Assembly (NCBI GenBank): GCA_030770535.1
Contig: JASVEC010000021.1
Coordinates: 620,001-684,000 of the forward strand
DNA length: 64,000 nucleotides
Source of the DNA: Batkoa obscura
Lineage: Eukaryota
Direction of reading: 5' to 3'
Positions 21,958-34,654 of this stretch are shown here, piece by piece. The position numbers were made by a program, and so were the translations under genes. Positions within the stretch are counted from its first letter, which is position 1, and each line of letters opens with the position of its first letter. The notes under the pieces were generated by a model, which saw only the letters and a program-made list of their open reading frames with translations, was not told the DNA's origin and did no database searches.

Positions 21958-24084
21958 TTAATATCCGTAGACTCCGTATTCTGGAGTTGGGTCAACAATC
22001 TTGATGGGTTCACTGGTAGGATTGTAACCATAATCGTAACCATATGAGGTAGTTACATCAGTGGTTGAGGTGGAACCAGTTTCATAGGTAGTAGATTCAG
22101 TGGATGAAGTTACATCAGTGGTTGAGGTGGAACCAGTTTCATAGGTAGTAGATTCAGTGGATGAAGTTACATCAGTGGTTGAGGTGGAACCAGTTTCATA
22201 GGTAGTAGATTCAGTGGATGAAGTTACATCAGTGGTTGAGGTGGAACCAGTTTCATAGGTAGTAGATTCAGTGGATGAAGTTACATCAGTGGTTGAGGTG
22301 GAACCAGTTTCATAGGTAGTAGATTCAGTGGATGAAGTTACATCAGTGGTAGAAGTAGATTCAGTTGATGAGGTTACATCAGTGGTTGAGGTGGAACCAG
22401 TGGTGCATGGAGTGGAGGAGGTTACTTCAGTAGTTGAGGTGGTTACATCAGTAGTTGAGGTGGAACCAGTTTCATAGGTAGTAGATTCAGTTGATGAAGT
22501 TACATCAGTGGTTGAGGTGGAACCAGTTTCATAGGTAGTAGATTCAGTGGTAGAAGTAGATTCAGTTGATGAGGTTACATCAGTGGTTGAGGTGGAACCA
22601 GTGGTGCATGGAGTGGAGGTGGTTACTTCAGTAGTTGAGGTGGTTACATCAGTAGTTGAGGTGGAACCAGTTTCATAGGTAGTAGATTCAGTTGATGAAG
22701 TTACATCAGTGGTTGAGGTGGAACCAGTTTCATAGGTAGTAGATTCAGTGGTAGAAGTAGATTCAGTTGATGAGGTTACATCAGTGGTTGAGGTGGAACC
22801 AGTGGTGCATGGAGTGGAGGAGGTTACTTCAGTAGTTGAGGTGGTTACGTCAGTAGTTGAGGTAACTGGGGTAGTGGTTTCATAAGTATGAGTTGATTCA
22901 GTACCAGTAGTTGAGGTAGTTACATCAGTAGTTGAGGTGGAACCAGTAGTGCATGGAGTGGAGGAGGTTACTTCAGTAGTTGAGGTGGTTACATCAGTAG
23001 TTGAGGTAACTGGGGTAGTGGTTTCATAAGTATGAGTTGATTCAGTACCAGTAGTTGAGGTGGTTACATCAGTAGTTGAGGTAACTGGGGTAGTGGTTTC
23101 ATAAGTATGAGTTGATTCAGTACCAGTAGTTGAGGTGGTTACATCAGTAGTTGAGGTAACTGGGGTAGTGGTTTCATAAGTATGAGTTGATTCAGTACCA
23201 GTAGTTGAGGTAGTTACATCAGTAGTTGAGGTAACTGGGGTAGTGGTTTCATAAGTATGAGTTGATTCAGTACCAGTAGTTGAGGTAGTTACATCAGTAG
23301 TTGAGGTAACTGGGGTAGTGGTTTCATAAGTATGAGTTGATTCAGTACCAGTAGTTGAGGTGGTTACATCAGTAGTTGAGGTAACTGGGGTAGTGGTTTC
23401 ATAAGTATGAGTTGAGGCAGTTGAGGTAGCTGGGGTGGTTTCGTAAGTAGGAGTTGAGTGGCACTTTTTGATAGTGCGAGTAATGACATGGCATTTTCCT
23501 GGGGTGGTTTGAGTAGTTTCAGCTGGGACAGTGTAAGTAGCAGTTGAAGAAGTTTCAGCTGGGACAGTGTAAGTAGCAGTTGAAGAAGTTTCAGCTGGGA
23601 CAGTGTAAGTAGCAGTTGAAGAAGTTTCAGCTGGGACAGTGTAAGTAGCAGTTGAAGAAGTTTCAGCTGGGACAGTGTAGGTAGCAGTTGAAGAAGTTTC
23701 AGCTGGGACAGTGTAAGTAGCAGTAGTGCTAGTTTCTTCTTCGCAGTCTTCATCAGTAGTAGTAGTTTGACTAGTAGTTGATGAAGTTACACTTGATGAA
23801 GACCCAGTTTCATAAGTTGGGGTGGAAACAGTTGAAGTAGAAACTGAGGAAGATACACTTGATGAAGTTGAGGTGGTGACTTCGTAACTTGGGGTTGAAA
23901 CAGTTGAAGTGGTTGATTCGGTTGATGAAGTGCTAGTTTCATAAACTGGAGTTGAAACAGTTGATGAAGAAGTAACTTCATAAGAAGGAACTTCGACGTT
24001 GTATGAAGGAACTTCATAACTAGCACTAGCGGACAATTGTCCAGTGATTAAAGCAACGCAAACGGCAATGAGAGAGGATTTCAT
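21958..24084 (-). CDS. Secreted Thr/Ser-rich mucin-like repeat protein, 708 aa
   Basis: Signal peptide MKSSLIAVCVALITGQLSA, long T/S/E-rich tandem repeats, Tyr/Gly-rich C-terminus, no TM or GPI signal. Confidence 0.9.
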   Translation of the reverse strand: MKSSLIAVCVALITGQLSASASYEVPSYNVEVPSYEVTSSSTVSTPVYETSTSSTESTTSTVSTPSYEVTTSTSSSVSSSVSTSTVSTPTYETGSSSSVTSSTTSQTTTTDEDCEEETSTTATYTVPAETSSTATYTVPAETSSTATYTVPAETSSTATYTVPAETSSTATYTVPAETSSTATYTVPAETTQTTPGKCHVITRTIKKCHSTPTYETTPATSTASTHTYETTTPVTSTTDVTTSTTGTESTHTYETTTPVTSTTDVTTSTTGTESTHTYETTTPVTSTTDVTTSTTGTESTHTYETTTPVTSTTDVTTSTTGTESTHTYETTTPVTSTTDVTTSTTGTESTHTYETTTPVTSTTDVTTSTTEVTSSTPCTTGSTSTTDVTTSTTGTESTHTYETTTPVTSTTDVTTSTTEVTSSTPCTTGSTSTTDVTSSTESTSTTESTTYETGSTSTTDVTSSTESTTYETGSTSTTDVTTSTTEVTTSTPCTTGSTSTTDVTSSTESTSTTESTTYETGSTSTTDVTSSTESTTYETGSTSTTDVTTSTTEVTSSTPCTTGSTSTTDVTSSTESTSTTDVTSSTESTTYETGSTSTTDVTSSTESTTYETGSTSTTDVTSSTESTTYETGSTSTTDVTSSTESTTYETGSTSTTDVTSSTESTTYETGSTSTTDVTTSYGYDYGYNPTSEPIKIVDPTPEYGVYGY
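22050..23730. repeat. Coding minisatellite array with 57, 201, 75 and 36 bp periods
   Basis: TTCATAGGTA recurs at 22081/22138/22195/22252/22309; GCATGG at 22406/22607/22808; TTCAGTACCA at 23041 to 23341 every 75 bp; GGGACAGTGTA six times every 36 bp from 23525. Confidence 0.95.
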
Positions 24085-27000
24085 TTTAAATTATGTATAT
24101 AGTAAATTATTTATATAAAATTGAACTTTTTATAAACCACCAAATTAAATATTTATATTTAAAGAGTAAAAAAATAAATTGAAATTACTATTCTTTATAT
24201 ACTTTTAAATTGATGTAAATTAATTTCAAGTATTATCTGGTAATAGTTTTTAGTAGCAACTTTGTTATAGTGGTTAATGTTCCAAATTAATCCAAAAATT
24301 CATTTTAATAGGTTAAGCGCACTTTATAGTACAACCAAAACCGAGGTAATGGAATATTTCTTACATATTTAGGCTGCAATTCAATCCCTCTTTTAAGAAC
24401 ATTTTATTAAGAGTTTAATTTTAGAAATTACACATTAACACAGAAGAATTTCTTCCTAATGATCTCACTATTGGCTGTAGCCTTGAGCTTATTGGTTCCC
24501 TTGTATATAATTAATTTCGGATTCAGATTCAAACTAATCATTTAAGTTTCTTCACTTAATGCATTAAATCCAATTGGAGTAAAAAATATGGAGAATTAGA
24601 ACTTCCTTTTACCATTACAGATAAATGTTTTTATCCTTAATTAATTAATGTCTAATTTACAATTTATTAAAACGAATTAATAAAGCTATATGGAGCTATT
24701 GAAACTACTACTAGTTCCACATTAAAGCGTCTAATAGACATAATAAGCTAAAATATACAGTTAGCCATATTTAAATATGAAAAAGACAAAATGAAAAATG
24801 ACTTGACTTCTGTATTTAATTAAAGTTTTATTTTTAATTATTTTTTATTATTTTTTGTTGATTTACAAGAATTAATAAAAAATGATGAATAAAAAAGATA
24901 AAAATAAATGTGGCTTAGAAATTCAAAGTCGGACTTTCCAAAAATAGATTCCGTATTAATAGATCTTTTATTTTATTCCTCCTACAACCCCAGGTTTATT
25001 TGAACCACGATAGTATAACCTTTTATTAAACTTGATTTTATGCAGACTTTACCATAGACTAATAGCTATATACAAACTATATGATAAAAAAATGATGTTC
25101 AATAGAAATTTCAATAATATCTCTACTGCTGGCCTATTTTAAGTATACTGTGCGTATAGTAAATTGAAATTCAAAGAAACTAGAGGTTGGGATATTTATT
25201 CATTATTAAATTCACAAGTCTCATTTTTTAGCTATATATTTCAATGTCAATAAATAGTGTATTTAGTTAATAATGCAAATGTATCAAAGTCCATCATACT
25301 TTATACGCTTTCGCCGCTTTATCACTTTATTTTTCTATTAACTCTATTATGTATTTTGTCCAATAGAGCTATAAGCATCTTATATTAATAATAATAATAT
25401 AGTAAACTTCACTATAACATATCTCCCATTAATACTTAGTTAGGAATCTAAACTTGTAATATTTGGTCACTTAGTTGAAACTAAAAAGTCGCTATTTTTG
25501 GTACCCAGAAATTAATGATTAAAAAGCTTTATTAAATCATGAGATTTATTCTTTTGCTATCAAGTTACTAAGTTCAAAATTTTAAATTTACAGAATTATT
25601 TTACCATTTATTATACCATAGCCCACCACTGTTATTGAGTTTTATAGCTTACTCATTATAAAAATAAACTTATTATATAATAATTATATAATGGTTATTT
25701 TATTAATATTATTCTTTAAAGATAGTTTCATCTTATTTTAAAACTTTTGATTTTCACCAACGCCAATAACTACCAAACCCAACCTCAACTTAAAGGAACC
25801 AAATGATAGAAAACTCGAATGTTATGAACTTAAAGAATATATTGCTAAGATTCTATTCTCATTTCCACCTAAGAACTTTCTATTGTTTATTATTATTATA
25901 ATCTGAGCTCAGCGTTATTGAAAGTATATATAACCTAAATTTACCAATTTACTATCATATTTCGTTATTCGTTTTTATGTTGTGTTAAATCATTTAGTTT
26001 TATTGGATCTATTATGAATGTCGGTTCTCAATCAATTTATTAGCCATATATGCGTGGTAGTAGTTTAACTTATTTAAAGAATAAAATTATGTAGAACTTT
26101 GTCTAACTTTTCGTATTAAATTTGTTCCATTCAATCATAGGTAAATAGGCTCTGTATAGGCTATTTCTCTTAAGGTGTACTTGGTTATAATCAACCACGA
26201 ACTATTTTAACATTAACAATTCAAATAACACATTATCATTAAATGATTGTTAAAATGAACAAATATTTTAAAAAATGGACCCTTATATTTAAAACTTAAG
26301 TGAAAAATTGAAAAGAGCTAGAAGTATTTACTAAGAGCTTTTCAGAGATTCATTATTGACATTAAGACATTTGAAGATATAGCATGATTCTCCCTCTAAG
26401 AATAATAATAAATTTTACATGATCTTTTCATGACGTTGAGTATAGTCAATTGTTATTTTTTGAAGACTTTTATAAATCATCAATGATGACATAGATAACC
26501 CAAATTTACTCTTTCTTATAAAATATAGAGAATTCCTATCATTTATAAATAGACTTTGAATGGAGCAGCTAGCTCCTCTATTATTCTACACAACTTAGTA
26601 AAAAATATCAATTAAAAAGGGATAATAGTGATAAGCCGATTTCATATGAAGTTCATAACAGCAACAGTCAATTATAATAATATATATAATCTTCTACCAA
26701 AACTATTTATAGCTCATAAGCAACCTAAATAAGTTTTATTCGGATCAAGTTGTGAATTTAGTAGAATTAAAATCATACTTACAACCATAAAAATTGTACA
26801 GTAACTTCCAAAGTTTTTTGCGAACCTTATTAATCTAACATTGAGGTAATTAGTTTTTGAAGTGATCATACTCTTTACTATTATACAGCATAATTTTTCT
26901 TTACAATTAAGTTCTTGAAAGTTATGAGACACTTAAATTTATAAAAAATAAGTGAAATGATGACTTATCATTGCTTTATAAAAAGGTACAATAATAGTTA

Positions 27001-27356
27001 ATAATTAATTATCTATTAGGTTAACACATTGGTCTTGGCATCTTTGTCTCAAGATCCAAAAATAAAATGCTATATTAAATACGAAATAATAAATTAGTTA
27101 TAAGTTGAAATAACAATATAAAATCAATGTTCAATTAATATTAATGATTATTACTAATTATTCATAAGCTCTACTAATTATTAGCTAGTAAGGGTATTCA
27201 GTATTTTAGTATATAATAATTAATTATCATAACTTATCTGCTTAATTAAGTATGTCTATTAGAAAACCAGAACTCTTTTATTATATTAAAATACAAAAAT
27301 TAGAACTTAAAATATACCAATTTTCATCATTTTAAGGATCATTAATGTAATGAAAC

Positions 27357-28676
27357 ATGGAATCGATTTTGAGTAAAAAAGATACTAATTTCTTTTTTAA
27401 CAAAATGGAAACCTTAACTCTAGAAGATTATATAAAGGCAGGTCTATTCGAATTTAAAAATATTAGATTCGCAACCACATTAACCTGTGTTGAGAAACAA
27501 AATATATGTGAGAAGCTGGATGATATAGAGGTGAGCTTTGGATTCACAAGGGAAAGGGTAACATTGGTATATGAAGACAAAATACTATTAGGTGGATTTA
27601 CAAGTTATGAATACCAGGTTTTATTACAAGGAGATGAGGAAGGATTTATTACAATTATTGATAAGGTGGATACTACTGGTTACGGCAAGACACCAAAGGT
27701 AATGAAAAGGGTGCTCAAGAGCTATTTGGATTATAGAAAATATCATTATAGAGAAAGTAGACATTTGATCTATTTATTTGCCAAACCTCAACCCCAGTAC
27801 CTTTTTAAAAATTCCAAAAGGAATATTAATAAAAAGATGTTGAATGATAAACAGTTGATTAACTATTGGGTAGATATTTTGGACAGCCCATTATTTGAAG
27901 TGAACTTAAACTATAAAAAATATATTTATGTACCAGGGAATGAACTAGGTCAAATCAAGTCATTAGTTAAAAACTCATTGGATGGATGGAATTATTCTAC
28001 TATTTACAACGAAAATGACATAGTAAAACAAGTCATTTTAAATCTAAATGATGATTGTTTAACTAGATTGAGTAAAAGTGAATATAATCAAGATTTATCA
28101 ATTAAAGAGTTTTTACTCATCTTGCCTTTTACTGAAGAGTGTAATACTGGCCAATTAGTAGCCACTTTTTTTTTGTCAAATTTTAATATGAATTGTAAGA
28201 AAGGTTTATTAGAGAGAGATGTTTTAGACAAACTTTTAATGGAAGCTGCAAAAAAAGAAAACCAAAGTGGTGAAGAGGATAATGAATCAACGAAATCGGA
28301 TAACGAACTTGATCATAAAGAAGAGGGTAAAAATGCATATAGTAAAAATGATGATGCATCAGCTAATGGAAGCGAAGATAGTGAAGATTCTGAAAGCCTG
28401 GAACCCGAAGACTTGATAAATGAAATAGAGTCAAGACCTGAGGAAGAAAAAAGCTTTTATAGAATCTTTAATATAATAACTAACACTTCAGATTTCAGTA
28501 CCTATGAAAAGGCTTTAAAAGCAAGTCAAGAAGTTGAAACTATTTTACTAGATAATAAAATCCCAATCCATGAACCTAAATCCGTCGAGGGCTTAAAATT
28601 TGGTAAACAGAAACAAGTAAAGCGTAGTGGTGAAATAAATGTAATTAATACGTCTTTGATAAAAAGAAAGAAATAG
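27357..28676 (+). CDS. RTT109: Histone H3K56 acetyltransferase Rtt109
   Basis: IDKVDTTGY, LFAKPQPQYLF..S..N..K..L.D..LI.YW..IL, DD..R, EEC..G, basic C-terminal IKRKK. Alternative start at 27405. Confidence 0.88.
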   Translation: MESILSKKDTNFFFNKMETLTLEDYIKAGLFEFKNIRFATTLTCVEKQNICEKLDDIEVSFGFTRERVTLVYEDKILLGGFTSYEYQVLLQGDEEGFITIIDKVDTTGYGKTPKVMKRVLKSYLDYRKYHYRESRHLIYLFAKPQPQYLFKNSKRNINKKMLNDKQLINYWVDILDSPLFEVNLNYKKYIYVPGNELGQIKSLVKNSLDGWNYSTIYNENDIVKQVILNLNDDCLTRLSKSEYNQDLSIKEFLLILPFTEECNTGQLVATFFLSNFNMNCKKGLLERDVLDKLLMEAAKKENQSGEEDNESTKSDNELDHKEEGKNAYSKNDDASANGSEDSEDSESLEPEDLINEIESRPEEEKSFYRIFNIITNTSDFSTYEKALKASQEVETILLDNKIPIHEPKSVEGLKFGKQKQVKRSGEINVINTSLIKRKK

Positions 28677-28734
28677 ATGATAAAATAAAATATTTCTATT
28701 ATACATGTTTGTGTTTATTATTATTATTATAAAT

Positions 28735-30223
28735 TTATTCAACTGCTTTAGTCAACCTATCAATTAAAGATAAATGCATATTAACTACTCCAACAAATTG
28801 AGGAAGTTGATTATATTCACTGTAATAATCTAATATAGTTTGCTTAAATTCTGATTTAAACTGTATTTTATTGAGATTTAAACTTTTCATCAAACTTGAA
28901 ATAGTACTTGTGAGTATAAAAAACTGATCTGCTAATAACGGAACTCCTTTATATTTTAATTGTAAGTATATTAGCTGAAGATGGGAAGCCTGGTAGTACT
29001 TTAATAGATTAAAATTCGATTTTAAATTGGGATACAAATCGATTGTTTTAATTATCAAGAACAAAAGGTTGGCATTACCCATGTTTGTTAAATAAGGGTA
29101 ATAATCTTCTTTCGACTTTAAAGTTTGGAGAATTACATTCATTTTTTGAACTAATTTTAAAACGGATATCTTTAATTGACTATTTTTTGAAGCATCGAAA
29201 ATTTGGGATACTAGTATATTTTGTTGTAGCATACCTTGATATCGAATATTTAATTCTTCATCTTTAATATTTTTTAAAATATGCCCATGATATAAACTTT
29301 CGGGCACAATCGTTCTACTTAGTAACATTCCAATCCTCTTGTAGTTAATAAGAGTTAGCCAAGTTAACTTACTTTCTAGATCCTTCTTGTAAGGTAAACC
29401 CAGACTATAACATAGACCCAGTAAACTATATGCACTGTATCTTATCAATTTAAAAAAAATGGGAGTGGAATATAAAAAATAAGATATGATAAATAAAGCT
29501 TGAATCAAGCTTAAACTGGGCTTAAACAACCTTCTACTAACTAAGGTATAGATCTCTTGGTGCAACAAGTCTAAAAAATTAACCTTAATTTTCAAAAAAC
29601 GTATCCCACTAGCGAGTACCACCAATTTTATCATTCTATCTTCTTTTTTCAAAAATGTTTTCTTACAAAATAATGGAAAATAGGTATTAAAATAGGTAAA
29701 GTATGCGTCACAGCAAGACTGATATAATTCTTCACTTCCATAGATAGCTAGCGGGCTATTTGCTGTTACTGCTGGGTAGTTATTCTTTCTGTTCCCGAAA
29801 ATATCTGGTCGAAACTTATTCAACGCTCCCAGCATGTTGATGATTGTTAGTCTTTCTTGAGGCAACTTGGTATCCTTTGATATATTGCTTAATCCCATAA
29901 AATAAACTATTAAAGGCGATTTTAGTAAATATCTTTCTAGTTTTATCTCAAACGATGAGTCAGACGGCAATTGTAGGCTAACAAATCATTATATACATTA
30001 ACATCTATCATATTTATTAAAACTACCTTCGGATCGTAGGCAATCCCGTATCCAGTTTTAATTTAATTTCTAAATTAAATCTTCTCTTTCTTTGTTTTAT
30101 CATTGAATAAGCACACTTGACATTACTCATTAAACAACGAATGCACCCATCAATATGTCGACTACATTTTTTCTTCCATTTGGAGCATCGATCGCACGTT
30201 TGGCTACTGAATTCCCCTTCCAT
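28735..30223 (-). CDS. Zn(II)2Cys6 transcription factor with fungal-specific middle region, 2 exons
   Basis: Exon 30223-30027 encodes CDRCSKWKKKC......CIRC......C; intron 30026-29978 (GTAG...TAG) joins in frame to an exon with AYFTYFNTYFPLF and SLSLIQALF. Confidence 0.88.
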
Positions 30224-30604
30224 ATATCAATTTAAAGGGAAAATTAATTAGGCTCTTTTTTTATTATTATTTTTAATAAACTAAAAAGATACTTGGAATT
30301 ATTCCATTTACTATATTTGGGGATTGTTCTTATTCATTGTTCTATTGTATTAAATAAGAAAGTATAAAGGCTTTAGAATTAAATTTTTATACGAATCTAA
30401 ACTTCGTTGTACATTATACCCATTTTTTACATATGGGTTGTATTGATGTACTATTATAGTTAGTATACATATACTTAATGATACATTAAAAATTTCTAAT
30501 TAAACTTAAAATAAAGCCAAATTTTATAAACCAATCAAACATTTTAATTTCTAAAATTCTTCTTGGTTTGTGATTCACTAGTTTAATCAGATAGAAAAAA
30601 AATA

Positions 30605-31933
30605 ATGACTCAAGCCTTAAACAAGAAATTTAAAAAAATGCTAGATAAGCTCCCATATTTAATCCTAAAAGATATTATTGAGCTAGCTTCTAACGATGAG
30701 CTACTAAACCTAAGATTTTTAAATAAAACATGTTATGAGGTGGTGAATCAAGTATTATATGAACGTCTAACTTTATCTAAATTTTTTAGTCAAGGCTGTA
30801 GAAATTATCAACTTAATTTCTATTCAAGGTATGGCACCAAAGTACAGCACTTAGAGTTTACTCATTTTTTTTATAGCCTACCCTTAGCTTTAAAACAATG
30901 TTCCAATATTGTTAGTCTTGATATTAAAGAGTATGATACTTTTCAGTATAGAGACTTAAGTCTGGTTTCAAGTGATGAAGCACCATTTCTTAGGAACTTA
31001 TCCATTGGGTTTGATGGAGATTTACCATTTGAGCTTCCGCCATTTCCTATGTTGGCTAACTTAACTCAGTTCCAGCTGCAGTTAAAAAGGTGTTCTCAAA
31101 CCCATATTAATTATTTTTTGGAAAATTTAAGTACGGATAAATTAATCAAAATTTCAATCAGCTGTGAGCAATATTTAGAATTAGAAGACTTTACACGATT
31201 TGAAGTATTTGACAACTTAAAAACAATTCAATTAAACGCTTGGGAGTTGAAATTTCAGCATTTTAATCCAACTTTTATTGGTTTCAAAAGTCTAACAACA
31301 TTTGAACTATCAGCTACTATCGCTACTGATTTATCACAGTTATCTTTATTTTATGATTATCTTACAAAATTACCAAATTTAAAAACTTTATTATTTAACT
31401 ACTGCAACCATAACCAATGCTCTAACCTTCAACTTAAATCACCACCAAATACTCAACTTGAGACTATTATGCTTAGTGGGTGTACAAAACTTAATTTTGA
31501 AGGCTATGATGGGTTTAAATATATCAAACAGTTAAATTTAAACTGTTTTAAAGGTTTCTCGAGTTTACTAACTAAGCTATCTTATTTTACAAGTTTAAAA
31601 GTGATAAAATTATACTGGTATTTTGAAGACAAAGACATAGCTTTTGAGAATGCAATGACTACACCAAACGAATTAAAAGTACAAAGAATTGACTTTTACC
31701 ATTCTCATATGACCGTGGATCATCTATTTGCTTTTCTATCACTATTCCCAGAATTAAAATATTTGTACTTTTATCGTGGCAAGCTTAGCTCAGGCATCTT
31801 TGATGCTTCCTTTCGATTTTTAAATGACTTACCTCTATTCCAGTTTAAAATCCACAAGGGTTCATATCCAGATTCTAACCCCTTATTCCATGAAATTAGA
31901 AATCACTCTAACATCCTTTTCTTTCATATTTAG
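30605..31933 (+). CDS. F-box / leucine-rich-repeat protein
   Basis: MLDKLPYLILKDII....DELLNLRFLNK (F-box; second ATG at 30638), followed by LxxLxL repeats. Confidence 0.8.
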   Translation: MTQALNKKFKKMLDKLPYLILKDIIELASNDELLNLRFLNKTCYEVVNQVLYERLTLSKFFSQGCRNYQLNFYSRYGTKVQHLEFTHFFYSLPLALKQCSNIVSLDIKEYDTFQYRDLSLVSSDEAPFLRNLSIGFDGDLPFELPPFPMLANLTQFQLQLKRCSQTHINYFLENLSTDKLIKISISCEQYLELEDFTRFEVFDNLKTIQLNAWELKFQHFNPTFIGFKSLTTFELSATIATDLSQLSLFYDYLTKLPNLKTLLFNYCNHNQCSNLQLKSPPNTQLETIMLSGCTKLNFEGYDGFKYIKQLNLNCFKGFSSLLTKLSYFTSLKVIKLYWYFEDKDIAFENAMTTPNELKVQRIDFYHSHMTVDHLFAFLSLFPELKYLYFYRGKLSSGIFDASFRFLNDLPLFQFKIHKGSYPDSNPLFHEIRNHSNILFFHI

Positions 31934-32542
31934 GGCAAAATAACTAAGAAAGGGTCTTTTGTTTCTGTATTTGTTTTTACTTATAACTACTCCTCATTTA
32001 TATTATTTATATTTTATAAGATTAAAGTTCACTTTAAATAACAATATTACTTTTTACTATAAAAGATACTGAATATAACTAATTATTCAAACACTCTATT
32101 ACTTTTTTAATTGAAAAAACGTTATCGATTTAAAATGACTCTTTTATCTGTATCCTAATGTGTTTAAAATATATTAGTCTTTTGATTATGATTTATATAC
32201 TTAAATAATATTCTAAAAGGCGTTCATTGATGTGTATTTACTTTATTAAAATAGCAAAATATATTATTTCAACATAAAACAATAGCTTTTTAATCTGCTT
32301 TTAATACAATCTTTACCATTAATACTGAGTATCTCCATTTTAATTTTTTTTCCGTCAAAACCACTTTAATTATAGTTTTAAATCCTGTCCATAACCTTTA
32401 TAAATCCTATTGAATATACCTTTAAAAACCTACAACTATATATTAAATAATAATTACAAACAACATGAAAAACTCTTAAAAATAAACAAATTATTTATAC
32501 AACTTTTCTTAGCTCAGTACTTTAGTATTTTTAAATAATAGC

Positions 32543-33480
32543 TTATTTCTTGCTCTTGATTTTACGGAGGTAGAAATCGAGCTCTTTACCCTCTAAGATG
32601 ACACCATCACAACGACCAGATTGTCCAGGGCGGGAAGTGATGATAGCTATAGAAAAGATTAAATACAATCAATATTTTCTACTTTAAAGCTTACCATAAA
32701 GACGACCAGTGTTGAATTGGTCAGCAACGTGTGAATCAAGGACTGAAGCTTCTTTACGGGCATCAATTTTACGTTGGGCGTGGTTGGAACGCTTGACATT
32801 AGCGACTTCTTCAGCATCCTTAATCAAAATTTAACAACTTAAAATAATAAAATTAAAAATCTATACTGAAGCCTTCTTACGTCCAAGAGCAGCACCGTAG
32901 TGATTTTCATACCATTGACGGAATGGAGCAGCATCAATTTGTACGATGGCAGATTTAACAAGAGTGTTGGTACGGACCAATTCATTGTTAGAAGCGTTGT
33001 AAACAACGGCAACGATACGAGCCTTACGGGAAATAGATTCAGAACCCCATGAGTAGGTTCCGGTATCTAAACGCATGGCACGATATTTGGTGTTTCCACC
33101 ACGTACACGTACGGTATGGATACGCTTGGCTCCAAGCTTGGTGTTGGCAGCTTGACGACCAAGTTCAAACTTTCTCTTCTTACGATAATGTGCGCGTTTA
33201 GCTCCGGTGTGGGAGCGTTTATGACGAGAGTCTCTGCTTATACCTAGTTTTGGTTGTTAATTTGTATTCTTTACTTTATGAATTTAAATCAAATTGGATG
33301 TTAGTTTCTAACCCCATCCTTAATTTCGACAATGTATATTACTATTTGTATCCCTTTTATTAACTTTCTCTCTTTAATATTGTTTAATATCTTTAATTTT
33401 TGGATGGATGTAGTTGTTTATGTCTTTAACTTGGGCTAACGCTATCCTTATTTTTTAGTACCGGATTATCACTTACCCAT
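32543..33480 (-). CDS. RPS8: 40S ribosomal protein S8 (eS8), 4 exons
   Basis: Exons 33480-33477, 33243-32867, 32817-32695, 32646-32543 give [18 protein letters not shown]...[12 protein letters not shown]...[22 protein letters not shown]. Confidence 0.97.
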
Positions 33481-34450
33481 AATGTGTGGATGATAACTTC
33501 GTCTAAAAAGCTAACAAAAAGGAAGTTTTAGTAAGAAAATTTACACTACTATTTGCTTAACTCAATAATTGTAAAAAATTGACCAATCACTCTATTATTG
33601 TATAAATTATTTGATATTTGAAAATATTTATTATCAATATTAATAAATATATCTATTATTTTAAAAGCTTGTATTGAATTAAATTAATAATAGTAATACA
33701 ATTATCAGATCCTTTTTTGAATAAATATGGTATTATCTATGTTTGGTTTTAAAATATAAAAAAGTATAATTATTTAGTTTTTTTAAAATAATATTTAATT
33801 TAAAATAATAAATTAATATAGTTAGATACATGCTATAAATGAGGATTTTATTGACTTTGTTTGTTGTTGATTATGTTTCAAGTCTTGGTTGTATATACTA
33901 ATATAAAAATTTATTAAATGAAATTATTATCATTATAAATAAACTAAAAATACAATTTTTTTTAAAAATAATAAGCTTTAAATATTTTAAAATTATTTGT
34001 TTTCGATAAAAGTATGGAAGTTCAACATAAAATAAAACCAATGCTCATAAATATTATATTATTAACACTAAGTGGTAATGATTATAGTCAAGCCATAATC
34101 CGATAAAGAGCATTTTATTTTGAAAATTATAATATTATATTGAGATGTGAGCGCCTTTTGATTATGGTAGTGAGTAACATATTTATACAAAGCACTGAAA
34201 AGTAACTAGTAAAATAAATTTGATAGAAATTGATCAAATACAGATAAAAATACATATTTAACTAGTTTACTTTGATGCTTTTAAATTTCCCTTTTTTTAA
34301 TGCTTTTAAAAATATCATACTAGGAATACCATTATTCTAAAACGATACAATTTTTCATTTAATATTTAAATATTTTGGTATAAAGGTACAGGTACATCAA
34401 AATTACGATAAAAATACACTGAATAATATTACTAATTTACTTAAAGTATA

Positions 34451-34555
34451 TATGGAAATGTATTTTTGTATTTGAGAATTCTACTAACAATTTTTCTACT
34501 CAAACAGTGCTTAAAAGATAGAAAAAATAATGAAGCCAAAAAAAACACCCCCATA
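34451..34555 (-). mobile_element. ~100 bp MITE copy
   Basis: TATGGAAATGTATTTTT...AAAAAAACACCCCCATA with family core. Confidence 0.85.
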
Positions 34556-34654
34556 TATTCTTTATTTTTTTAACTTTTATCTCAGAATTTCAATCTAGCT
34601 CTTAAAAGTGTTTGGTGTATTTATCTATCATAGTAAATTTAAAACTTTATCATT

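Noticed and set aside
22050..23730. Regular repeats as a possible CRISPR array
   Set aside because: No unique spacers, all periods are multiples of three, and they lie inside a eukaryotic ORF.
23364..24026. Alternate-frame Leu/Gln repeat ORFs
   Set aside because: Frame shadows of the mucin repeats.
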